IMG/VR virus record: IMGVR_UViG_3300023104_000006
Coordinates: 1-50,762 of that record
DNA from: a virus
Taxonomy: Duplodnaviria; Caudoviricetes
DNA length: 50,762 nucleotides
Direction: 5' to 3' (one strand)
This document shows positions 8,743 to 17,258 of this stretch, piece after piece. Every line of letters begins with the position of its first letter. The stretch's first letter is position 1. The notes beneath the pieces are model-generated. The model did not search any database and was not told where the DNA came from. It saw only the letters and a program-made list of their open reading frames with translations. A program made the translations under genes and the position numbers.

Positions 8743-8774
8743 AGCCCTGGTAGTTAATTCTATCAGGGTTTTTT
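8743..8774 (+). terminator. Rho-independent terminator after capsid gene
   Basis: AGCCCTGGTAG...CTATCAGGGTT plus T-run. Confidence 0.8.
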
Positions 8775-8788
8775 ATTACATTTGAATA

Positions 8789-9259
8789 ATGAACGAAGGA
8801 CAGAACGTAATATCATTAGATGCTGCAAAGAATGTACTTGCAGTTGACTTTAGCGACGATGACGAGCAAATAGCTTTGTTGATTGATACCGCCGTTTCTA
8901 TGGTTGAGAAATACACGGATCATATGCTTTATTGGCGTGAAAAAACATGGAATGCTACATCTCGTGAGGTTTGTATATCCTCTTATCCTATTAGGGACAT
9001 ATCTGCTACCTATAATGATGAACCAACTGTATTCGGAATACGGTACGGGTCGTTAACCACATATGTAAGTTGCCAGTGCGGTTCAATAATATCAGCTACG
9101 GTCGGATATGAAGACATTAGCCAAATACCATCACCGTTAATATCTGCATGTTATAAGATAATAACTTATTTGTACCAGAATAAAGATAATTACACCGCTA
9201 CATTGCCAACCGATGTGCAAATATTATTAAACCAATGGCGCAGATCCGCAACAATATAA
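8789..9259 (+). CDS. Head-tail connector (HK97 gp6-like)
   Basis: ISLDAAKNVLAVDFSDDDEQIALLIDTA; IITYLYQNK; synteny. Confidence 0.8.
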   Translation: MNEGQNVISLDAAKNVLAVDFSDDDEQIALLIDTAVSMVEKYTDHMLYWREKTWNATSREVCISSYPIRDISATYNDEPTVFGIRYGSLTTYVSCQCGSIISATVGYEDISQIPSPLISACYKIITYLYQNKDNYTATLPTDVQILLNQWRRSATI

Positions 9260-9597
9260 AGTCATACGATCCGGGATTATTCCGGTTTGCCATAGAGTTT
9301 TGGGCGCACGATGCTATTCCTGATGATAGCGGTGGCACAGACTTAACATTTAACGGGTTATTACGAACCCGTGCCGTACGTGAAGAAATAAGAGAGGGCA
9401 GTCAATTAGCTATTGTGGCAGGGGCATCTTTACTTAATCAGGATTGCTACTTTGTTATTCGCAACCGCAAATGGTTCTACCCGGCTAAAGACATGCAAAT
9501 TAGGGTAGATGGCGAAGCTTATGTGCTTAGTGCGGTAGTGCCAATAAACAATCCAGTTACTTATCTGAAGTTATTGTGCATTAAAACACCTATATGA
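9235..9597 (+). CDS. Head closure/head-tail adaptor
   Basis: DDSGG...FVIRNR...DMQIRVDGEAY pattern; synteny. Confidence 0.7.
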   Translation: MAQIRNNIKSYDPGLFRFAIEFWAHDAIPDDSGGTDLTFNGLLRTRAVREEIREGSQLAIVAGASLLNQDCYFVIRNRKWFYPAKDMQIRVDGEAYVLSAVVPINNPVTYLKLLCIKTPI

Positions 9598-10004
9598 ATA
9601 TTACCGGTATAGATAAAGCAATGCGTGACCTGCAAAAGTTAGCAGAGGGAGCGCAAAGAGCCCAGCGCGCAGGTGAGAAACGTATAGCTGATAAGATTGC
9701 AGCAGAGGCGCAGGTGGCAGCACCGGGGTCACTTAGCGCAAAGATCAATGTAACACAAACAGAAACAAAAACTACTATTAACGGTGGTGATGATTTCAGC
9801 GCATGGGTAGAGTTTGGAACAGGTGAGAATGCAGCGTTGTTCTTAGCCAGCCAACCGCCCGAAGTTGTGGAAGAAGCGCGTAAGTTCTTTGTGAATGGGA
9901 AAGGACGCGGTGCAGCTAAGCCTTTTTTCTTTCCTTCTGTGTTTAGAAATATACCAAACTTGATACCGGCTGTAGAGGAGGAGTTGGGGAAGTTGCTTAA
10001 ATAG
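9594..10004 (+). CDS. HK97 gp10-like neck/tail component
   Basis: AWVEFGTG and KPFFFPS motifs. Confidence 0.75.
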   Translation: MNITGIDKAMRDLQKLAEGAQRAQRAGEKRIADKIAAEAQVAAPGSLSAKINVTQTETKTTINGGDDFSAWVEFGTGENAALFLASQPPEVVEEARKFFVNGKGRGAAKPFFFPSVFRNIPNLIPAVEEELGKLLK

Positions 10005-10057
10005 GTCATGATAAAAAGTTATAATGACAAAATATTGATTTAAGCCTCCTATATTTG
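10005..10057 (+). promoter_or_regulatory. Palindromic operator GTCATGATAA-AAAG-TTATAATGAC plus -7 box TATATTTG
   Basis: Operator at 10005-10028, -7 box at 10050-10057; repeated elsewhere at the same spacing. Confidence 0.7.
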
Positions 10058-10092
10058 TCATAGGCAATTCAGCCAAATTAAAAGTTACGATA

Positions 10093-10386
10093 ATGCCAGA
10101 AAAGGTAAAGTTAACAGACCAGCAGGTCACTATTAATAAGTTCGCATTCTGCTTACTTAAACATTTCTCACCGAAAGTAAAGGTGCAGGATACACAGATT
10201 AAAATTCATGTAGAACAGTTGTCCACACAGGACTTTGAGTTCTTGGTTGATCTTAATAAATCTACAGGTGGATTGTTAGGGTTAAATGTTTCCCGCTCGG
10301 CAAAGGGCTTGTGTTTGTTAATTGGGGTCGCTCAATTGCAAGACGTACCTGATTTTTTGATGAAGTATAAAAGGGAGGGTAAGTAA
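10093..10386 (+). CDS. Hypothetical moron protein
   Basis: First gene after its own promoter inside the morphogenesis cluster. Confidence 0.6.
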   Translation: MPEKVKLTDQQVTINKFAFCLLKHFSPKVKVQDTQIKIHVEQLSTQDFEFLVDLNKSTGGLLGLNVSRSAKGLCLLIGVAQLQDVPDFLMKYKREGK

Positions 10387-10625
10387 TGATAACAGCAGTA
10401 AGAATAAACAGTAAAGAGCAATTCGACATAGTAGTTGATTATAACGACAGTAACGGGTTTAAAATGATTGGGGGCGTAAATCATATTTACCATGTCAATC
10501 GTAACTGTGTTGAAATCGGGTCTCACTTTCAATGCTTTAATGAGTGGTTGTCTCCATTGTCTTTTGATAGGCATATCATAAGTTTTACAGCTTTTGAAGC
10601 TGCTTGTTTAACCTTAATGAATTAG
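10386..10625 (+). CDS. Hypothetical moron protein
   Basis: TAATG-coupled ORF. Confidence 0.55.
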   Translation: MITAVRINSKEQFDIVVDYNDSNGFKMIGGVNHIYHVNRNCVEIGSHFQCFNEWLSPLSFDRHIISFTAFEAACLTLMN

Positions 10626-10629
10626 AAAC

Positions 10630-10872
10630 ATGTCTAAGAAATCAATTATTGAAAGAGATAAAACAGCAAGGTACACTTCAAAACTGAACCAGATCTACGG
10701 TAAAAATGACGAACAGAAAGAAGAAGAAATGATTTTTTGGGGTCATGCTCCATCAGCCAATTCAATTCCTTATGAGGAACGTATTTGTGGTGAAAATTGC
10801 GACTGTAAAACTGGTGAAGATTGCTACGGCGATGCTGCTTTAAATCTAATCAAAAAATTGGAAAATAAATAA
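10630..10872 (+). CDS. Hypothetical Cys-containing moron protein
   Basis: CGENCDCKTGEDC cluster; followed by a terminator. Confidence 0.55.
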   Translation: MSKKSIIERDKTARYTSKLNQIYGKNDEQKEEEMIFWGHAPSANSIPYEERICGENCDCKTGEDCYGDAALNLIKKLENK

Positions 10873-10901
10873 CATACATTTTTCTTAATTTTTAAAGGGT
10901 G

Positions 10902-10936
10902 AGCCGTACAGTCGTGATGATTGAACGGCTTTTTTT
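10902..10936 (+). terminator. Rho-independent terminator
   Basis: AGCCGT...ACGGCT plus T-run. Confidence 0.75.
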
Positions 10937-10966
10937 ATTTCAATCATTTTTTACTACATTTACACC

Positions 10967-11392
10967 ATGCCAATACTTAATCCGAATAAATACCTACGCA
11001 CCGCCTATGTGGAAGCACTGCGGCCGGCGTTAACGGGTGTTAATGTATGGGCTAAGAAAATACCCAAGGATGTAAAGCCGGTGCCACAGAGGTACGTACT
11101 CATAACCAGCCAAACAAAATCCCGTACTGAAGTTAGTAAAGGTTGTTACGAATGGTTGTGTAGTATCACTGTAGATGTTGTTAACGTTAATTTGGCCGGT
11201 TATGCTAAGCCAGAGAATAACGATGATTACGAAGAAACGATAATTGACACAATTGAATCAGGTATAGTGGTGCCATTCTTTCAGGTAAAATCTTATGACT
11301 TTATAGATAGCATAGATTTGGATATTGAAACACCAGCACAGAGTTTAGAGAGGCGTGTTATAGTTTATCAACATTGGTTATGCCAGCGGTAG
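10967..11392 (+). CDS. Tail terminator/completion protein
   Basis: Size and position before tail tube; YVLITSQT...SITVDVV pattern. Confidence 0.6.
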   Translation: MPILNPNKYLRTAYVEALRPALTGVNVWAKKIPKDVKPVPQRYVLITSQTKSRTEVSKGCYEWLCSITVDVVNVNLAGYAKPENNDDYEETIIDTIESGIVVPFFQVKSYDFIDSIDLDIETPAQSLERRVIVYQHWLCQR

Positions 11393-11862
11393 CAGGGAGT
11401 ATATTAGGGCTTAAAGCCAACGGTGCGTTTGTTAGTTGCGAACTAAGTTGTTCGATCAACTTTGACCGTGAATTATTACCAGCAACCGCAGTTGATAGTG
11501 GTGGATGGAAAGAGTTTATATATTCTGTTCGGTCGTGGTCTGTTAGCGTGAATGGTAACCTATTGCTTGAAGCAGTGGGAAGCGATATAAAGTCATTCCT
11601 AAATGCAGGTTATTTCGAGTCACGTACCATTTACATTCAATTCAGTACACGGCCATCGAGCGATATACAATTAGTGTTTTCGGGAACTGCTTTGTTTCAG
11701 TCTGCAGATATAACAGGCGCGAATACAGGTAAAGCGAATTGGAATGCAAAGCTACAGGGAAGCGGCAAGTTGGCAATGACATTTCAGGATTATTCTTTGT
11801 TAATTGATGCTATGCCTCCGGAATCCGATTACCCGACTACAATAGATCAAGATGTAATATGA
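11380..11862 (+). CDS. Tail tube-like protein 1
   Basis: SCSINFDRE...DSGGWKEFIYSVRSWSVSVNG...LQGSGKL siphovirus tube motif. Confidence 0.75.
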   Translation: MPAVAGSILGLKANGAFVSCELSCSINFDRELLPATAVDSGGWKEFIYSVRSWSVSVNGNLLLEAVGSDIKSFLNAGYFESRTIYIQFSTRPSSDIQLVFSGTALFQSADITGANTGKANWNAKLQGSGKLAMTFQDYSLLIDAMPPESDYPTTIDQDVI

Positions 11863-12200
11863 TAGGCTCTGCATTCATACTCCACACCAATACATGGTCA
11901 TGCAGCAACGATGTAACTTATTCAGTCACTAATACTCCAGTGTTTGCTAAGCCCGGCGATATGGTGCCAGTATCGGTAAAACAGGGTCAGGAAATTAAAG
12001 TACGTGGACTATTCAGCCCTAACCAACCAATGCAAAAAGGCGAGCAGGTTGAGATAGCATTCAAAAACGAAGCAAACGAATCACAATATGCTTTCTCAGG
12101 CGAAGTGCAACATATTGGCGATGTATACACTATCATAAAAATATTCACAAAAACAGATAGAATTAAAGAAATATTGAGTAATATTACATTCAAAAATTAA
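11859..12200 (+). CDS. Hypothetical tail-region protein
   Basis: ATGA-coupled ORF between the two tube paralogs. Confidence 0.55.
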   Translation: MIGSAFILHTNTWSCSNDVTYSVTNTPVFAKPGDMVPVSVKQGQEIKVRGLFSPNQPMQKGEQVEIAFKNEANESQYAFSGEVQHIGDVYTIIKIFTKTDRIKEILSNITFKN

Positions 12201-12204
12201 AGAC

Positions 12205-12678
12205 ATGGCAGATAGCAAAATACCAGGTAGTGTTTTTGGCGTTCAAATTGGCAATAAATGGCTTCAGTGCCAAGCAGAGGCTACTTTAAACACCACAGTT
12301 AACGTAACTGAAGATGAACTTTGTAAGGACTTTAGCGGCACATCAGGTGCAGATGCTATTCCATTTTTAACCCGCACTGCCGATTCAAGAGATTGGAGTA
12401 TTGATGTAAGTGGAGCTTTACTGAAAGATAGCTTTGCTGCAGCTAATGCTGATGTTGATTTGGGTAAGTTGTTCGTGGATGGTGCTGTCTATGTGGATAA
12501 TGTTTTATTCCGAACCGCGCTCAACCAAGACTCTGTTGATCACGATGTTATTTATTCGGGTGCCGCAATTTTAACGTCTTTCAATATAACCGCAGGAGCA
12601 ACCGGCGCAAATACCACTGCTGCTACGTTTACCGGAAATGGCGCGTTAACCCGTACTGTTACACCAGTAACCACATAA
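12205..12678 (+). CDS. Major tail tube protein (paralog 2)
   Basis: CQAEATLN...RDWSIDVSG...YSGAAILTSFNITA...TFTGNGAL. Confidence 0.8.
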   Translation: MADSKIPGSVFGVQIGNKWLQCQAEATLNTTVNVTEDELCKDFSGTSGADAIPFLTRTADSRDWSIDVSGALLKDSFAAANADVDLGKLFVDGAVYVDNVLFRTALNQDSVDHDVIYSGAAILTSFNITAGATGANTTAATFTGNGALTRTVTPVTT

Positions 12679-12679
12679 T

Positions 12680-12859
12680 ATGAATACCTTAGTCGGCGTA
12701 ACAAAGGTTCGTAATGGCGTTTGGCATATTGCCTATGACCATTCATGTGAATGCGGATGTACTAAAAAGCGTTACACATTTACCATTAACCAAAAATCAG
12801 AACCAGCAAGGGCTACAGCGCAAAACAAAGTAGACGAACACTACAACCTGAATAAATGA
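12680..12859 (+). CDS. Hypothetical 59-aa protein (CECGC motif), not in ORF track
   Basis: MNTLVGVTKVRNGVWHIAYDHSCECGCTKK...; ATGA overlap with the chaperone gene. Confidence 0.55.
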   Translation: MNTLVGVTKVRNGVWHIAYDHSCECGCTKKRYTFTINQKSEPARATAQNKVDEHYNLNK

Positions 12860-13221
12860 ATATCACTATAAACAGTAATGAATACCCGCTTCAATGGGGT
12901 ATGGGTGCAATTGAATTGTATTGTGAAAAGATGGATTGTGATATTGATGGTTTATCATTGATAGACAATGCCCCCTCTCAAAAAGAAAGCGCAAAAGCTA
13001 TTGTTACATTGGTATTGTCTGCTATTCAAAATGGATGCGAGTTGGCCGGTAAGCCTTTCTCTGTAACATACCGCCAACTACAAGCCGCCTTTGATGAAAT
13101 GCCGCAGGATGATTTTAAGCTGATTATGGAGGATTTTACCAAAAGTAAATATCTGGGTAAAACTATACTGGAACACCTTTCCGCATCTGTTACTGAATCT
13201 GATAAAAAAAAAGAAGCGTAA
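12856..13221 (+). CDS. Tail assembly chaperone (G-like)
   Basis: ITINSNEYPLQWGMGA start; position before TMP; A9 slippery run near stop. Confidence 0.75.
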   Translation: MNITINSNEYPLQWGMGAIELYCEKMDCDIDGLSLIDNAPSQKESAKAIVTLVLSAIQNGCELAGKPFSVTYRQLQAAFDEMPQDDFKLIMEDFTKSKYLGKTILEHLSASVTESDKKKEA

Positions 13222-13514
13222 CATTATCTCAAATAATCCTGTATTGTTATGAAATGAAAATGAAGCCTTTAGAAGTAAAGGCTTTGTTGTTGAAAGACTT
13301 TAACCTAATGCTAACAGGCTACATGCGTGCGGAGGAAAGAGAGTGGAACCGTACTCGTCACCTTATGAGTTTCATCCTTAATTACGGCGGTATGGGCTCT
13401 AAAGACTATCATACTCCACAATCAATCATGCCGTTAGATATGGACGCGGAAAACACCAAACGTATGATAACAACCATGAAGCAAGCTATTCAATTATTCA
13501 AAGAATTTAGGTAA
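13206..13514 (+). CDS. Tail assembly chaperone C-terminal extension (T-like), reached by -1 frameshift
   Basis: -1 frame open from 13206 (KKRSVTLSQIILYCYEMKMKP...) to 13514. Confidence 0.7.
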   Translation, partial: KKRSVTLSQIILYCYEMKMKPLEVKALLLKDFNLMLTGYMRAEEREWNRTRHLMSFILNYGGMGSKDYHTPQSIMPLDMDAENTKRMITTMKQAIQLFKEFR

Positions 13515-13523
13515 GTTTACAGC

Positions 13524-16500
13524 ATGGCAAAATTGGTTTATGAGATAGTCGGTGTAAATAGCCTCGGGCAGGCTACAAAGCAGGCCAATGCCGATTTATA
13601 TTCATTAGAACAATCCGCTGCGCGCACGAATGCCGCGATAGGTAAAGATATAACCTCTATTGCGCAACTTAAACGTGATATAGTTGAACTTAACAGGCAA
13701 AAGGTTAACATTATCGACGAGTCAAAACTTGCGCGTCAAAACAAACTTATACAGGAACTTGAGGCCGAATTAAAAAGGGCTGAAAACATAGGCAAGGTTG
13801 GTTTTGACAATGTTGGTGTTGCCATTAAAAAAACCGGTGATGAAGCAGAAAGAACACGGGAAAAGTTCAGGAAAATATATGAGCCAGGTGCATTTAAGGG
13901 GGTAACAACTGAGATACAAGGCGCCTCTAGCGAAGTAAAGGGCCTTGGAGGTGTATTTGGAGGACTGAGTGGAAGTATTCTAGGTTCTCTTGCACCACTC
14001 GCGCTTCTTACAGCAGGATTGGCGGCGGCAAAAGCTGTTTTCACTAATAATGTAAACCTTTCAGATGAGTTCGTTGACGTACAGCGTACTGCAAAATTGT
14101 CTGCTGAAGAGGTAGATGCGTTAGGCGATGCCCTTAAGCGAATAGACACACGTACGCCGCTTGCCGGTTTGCTTGATATAGCCTTCATTGGTGGTAGATT
14201 AGGAGTAGCTAAAAATGACATGGTGGGCTTTGTTACCACCGTAGATCAATTAGCAGTTGTTTTAAAGAAAGAGTTTCCGGGCGGAGCCGAAGCGGTTGCT
14301 AACTCTTTAGGTAAAATCATATCGGTTTATAAGATTACTCAACGCGAAGGTATAACGCTAGATCAGGCTTTAAAGAATACAGGTTCTGCATTTTTAGAGC
14401 TTGCACATAGTGGACAAGTAAACGTTCAATACCTTCAAGACTTTGCTCTTAGAACAGCGGGTATAGCTCAAATAGCTAAAATTTCCTTGCCCACAATGCT
14501 GGCTTACGGGGCTGTTTTATCCCAGGCTGGTATATCCGCACAAGTAGCTGGAACATCGTTAACTAGGTTAATATCAAATTTATCCACCAAAAGACAGGCA
14601 TTTTTTGCAATTGCTCAATTAGGAGATTCGACCTTAACAATTGAGAAATTTACAAACCTGATAAATACCGATACAAAAGCAGCGTTAGAGAGCTTTTTTA
14701 AAGGATTAAAGGCCGGTAATCCAACTCAAACGGAGTTCTCAGATCGTTTAAAAACACTCTCACTTACTACAGGCGCTGCAAAAAATGCTGTAATAGCATT
14801 AGCAGAGAATCAGGACGTATTATTTCAAAAAACTGCGCTTGCTAATAAAGCAAATGCAGAAGGAACAAGTGTGTCTCATAATTTTGAGTTGGCAAACAAT
14901 AGTCTTGCAGCTAGCATTGATAAAATTGGCAATTCCATTTCAAATGCTTTTACGAGTTCTTCTTTCGCCAGGTCAATTGCTAGTTTTTTAAACAGTATCA
15001 CATCTACTAAAAGTGAGGCTGCTGAGTTGGCAGAAGTCTTACAAAGAAACAAGCATGCAAATGAACAATTAGAGGCTTCTCTAAAGCCATTAGTGAATCG
15101 GTATGACGAACTAAAGGGGAAAAGTAAACTAACTACTGCTGAACAAACGGAATTACGAGATATTACAGCGAAGATTGGTGTTTTATTACCCAACGTAACC
15201 ACTAAATTTGATGAGTACGGAAACTCTCTTGATATTAACCGCAAAAAAATTAACGATTTAACAAAAGCGCAAAGAGAACTACTTTTAGCGCAAAACCGTG
15301 GAGTTGTTAAGAAAGCAAACGATTTATTTAATGTACAGGAACAGCCAAAGGCCATTATTCAAAACGCCCTTGCTGGTGCCTTTGGTGAAGATGATAAAGG
15401 AAGATTAAGAGATCAATTAATCCAAGTATTAGGCAGACAATACGAACTAGCTAAAACAATACGTGACGTTGGTGGAAAATTAACTAAATCACAACAAGGC
15501 GTAATTGATTATTTTGAAAAATTAGATAAAGCACGAAAGCCGACTAAAACAACACCTACTATTACGGGAGATGGCACAGAAACAATATTGCCAGATGATG
15601 GTGTAAGAACTATAGATGATATTAAAGCCGATATTAAGCGTGTTACTGACTTAAAAAAACCACTTGATGTTGCTTCTAAACAATACAAAGAATATTTATT
15701 ACAACTTAAGGGGTTCAAGGCTGAACTAAAGGCGGCAATGGGCTCCGATCTGGGATCCGGTAGGGTTCAACAAACAATAGTTAAAGAAGTAAACCTTAGG
15801 CAGCAGTTAGATGATATAATAAACAAAGCTAAAACATCAGCTACTGAATCAGGATTAACGGGCTATGCTTTAGAAATTAAACAGATTGAGAACAGATACC
15901 TATCTCTTAATCGTGAAATTAATAAATTTATCACAAACGTTCAGGCTCAAGAAAGGCTTTATAAAAAAACAGGTGGTAAACAGGGTATATCAAATAGTGC
16001 GGGAAACGCGCTTATATCTGAAGCACAATCGACTAAGGCAGGCCTTGTTTCACCTTTTAACAAAGAGATTGGCGATGCGTCCATCAAAGAAGCCGAACGG
16101 GTCGCCAATGAGATACAGCGCATTAATAATGAGTTTGGCGTTAAATCGCAAGAGAGCAAAGGGCGTGAATTAGCTGTAATACAAGCTCGTTATGATGCAG
16201 AAGTTGTAAAAGCTAAAGGCAATGCTGAAATACTAACCGCTCTGGATGCTGGCCGATTAACGGCTATTGAAGCTATTAACGCTAAGTATGAAGCCATACA
16301 AGCCGATCTCCAAAGTAAGATATTAGGCATTCAAGAAACTACCATAGCTACACTCACCGGCCGCGAAGAAGAACAAACCACTAAAATACAGAAAGAGTGG
16401 GAAACTAGAAGGCGGGCATTAAATGGCTACTATGCCGATTTATTAAAGATAGCGAGTGCGAGTAACTTTAACGTAACCGGTGCGGGTGTAAACCTGAACG

Positions 16501-17258
16501 GTGTTGTTGCGGGTGCCATATCCGGACAGCAGGCTAAAGACAATGGCAATATCGATAGTGCAGGAATAAGGGCGGTAAACAACTACCTGAACAAAGATTT
16601 TAACAACGCGTTAAAGGGAGTTACACGGGGTTTTGTTAGTGATCTAACCAATGGCTTATTCAATGCCAGTTCTCAGGCTAATTACAGTTTTCAATCGGTG
16701 TTTTCTAACATTACCGAATCGTTTAATAAAACTATCCAAAATGGTGTATTTAACGTTATTCAATCTCAATTAGAAAAGAAGTTACAAGCTGGAATTGATG
16801 GTGGATTAGGTGGTCTAAGTACTAAATTGCAGGGAATTATTGGTGGCCTCGCAGTAGCAGGCGGATTAGTTTCGGGACTCACTCCAAAAACATCAGTAGC
16901 TGGACAAGGCTTGGGTGGTGCCTTGTCTGGTGCCGCAAGTGGTGCCGCATTAGGAAGTATTATACCAGGTTTGGGTACTGTTGCCGGTGGCGTTGTAGGT
17001 GGTGCTATTGGGTTAATAGGTGGTATATTGGGAGCTAATAAGGCTCAGAAAGAACTGCAAGCACAACAATTAGCAGAGCAGAAACAACAAACAGACCTAT
17101 TAAGGCAATCAATAGCCTATACCGCTTCTGTAATAGGACGGATGACTAATCAAGGCGTAGTAGCTGGTGTAGAAGTTGGTGCATTTGGCGACCTTACTAC
17201 ACGTATTTCAGGGCAGGATATAGAAATTGTATTGAACAGAAGAACAAGAACAAGATAA
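13524..17258 (+). CDS. Tail tape measure protein
   Basis: 1244 aa, helical and Ala/Gly-rich; TP901-type core (AQVAGTSLTRLISNL); Gly-rich hydrophobic C-terminus. Confidence 0.93.
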   Translation: MAKLVYEIVGVNSLGQATKQANADLYSLEQSAARTNAAIGKDITSIAQLKRDIVELNRQKVNIIDESKLARQNKLIQELEAELKRAENIGKVGFDNVGVAIKKTGDEAERTREKFRKIYEPGAFKGVTTEIQGASSEVKGLGGVFGGLSGSILGSLAPLALLTAGLAAAKAVFTNNVNLSDEFVDVQRTAKLSAEEVDALGDALKRIDTRTPLAGLLDIAFIGGRLGVAKNDMVGFVTTVDQLAVVLKKEFPGGAEAVANSLGKIISVYKITQREGITLDQALKNTGSAFLELAHSGQVNVQYLQDFALRTAGIAQIAKISLPTMLAYGAVLSQAGISAQVAGTSLTRLISNLSTKRQAFFAIAQLGDSTLTIEKFTNLINTDTKAALESFFKGLKAGNPTQTEFSDRLKTLSLTTGAAKNAVIALAENQDVLFQKTALANKANAEGTSVSHNFELANNSLAASIDKIGNSISNAFTSSSFARSIASFLNSITSTKSEAAELAEVLQRNKHANEQLEASLKPLVNRYDELKGKSKLTTAEQTELRDITAKIGVLLPNVTTKFDEYGNSLDINRKKINDLTKAQRELLLAQNRGVVKKANDLFNVQEQPKAIIQNALAGAFGEDDKGRLRDQLIQVLGRQYELAKTIRDVGGKLTKSQQGVIDYFEKLDKARKPTKTTPTITGDGTETILPDDGVRTIDDIKADIKRVTDLKKPLDVASKQYKEYLLQLKGFKAELKAAMGSDLGSGRVQQTIVKEVNLRQQLDDIINKAKTSATESGLTGYALEIKQIENRYLSLNREINKFITNVQAQERLYKKTGGKQGISNSAGNALISEAQSTKAGLVSPFNKEIGDASIKEAERVANEIQRINNEFGVKSQESKGRELAVIQARYDAEVVKAKGNAEILTALDAGRLTAIEAINAKYEAIQADLQSKILGIQETTIATLTGREEEQTTKIQKEWETRRRALNGYYADLLKIASASNFNVTGAGVNLNGVVAGAISGQQAKDNGNIDSAGIRAVNNYLNKDFNNALKGVTRGFVSDLTNGLFNASSQANYSFQSVFSNITESFNKTIQNGVFNVIQSQLEKKLQAGIDGGLGGLSTKLQGIIGGLAVAGGLVSGLTPKTSVAGQGLGGALSGAASGAALGSIIPGLGTVAGGVVGGAIGLIGGILGANKAQKELQAQQLAEQKQQTDLLRQSIAYTASVIGRMTNQGVVAGVEVGAFGDLTTRISGQDIEIVLNRRTRTR

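Noticed and set aside
13736-16173. Antisense and alternate-frame ORFs within the tape measure gene (also within capsid, methylase and fibre genes)
   Set aside because: Shadow ORFs of long real genes with no start context or recognisable motifs.
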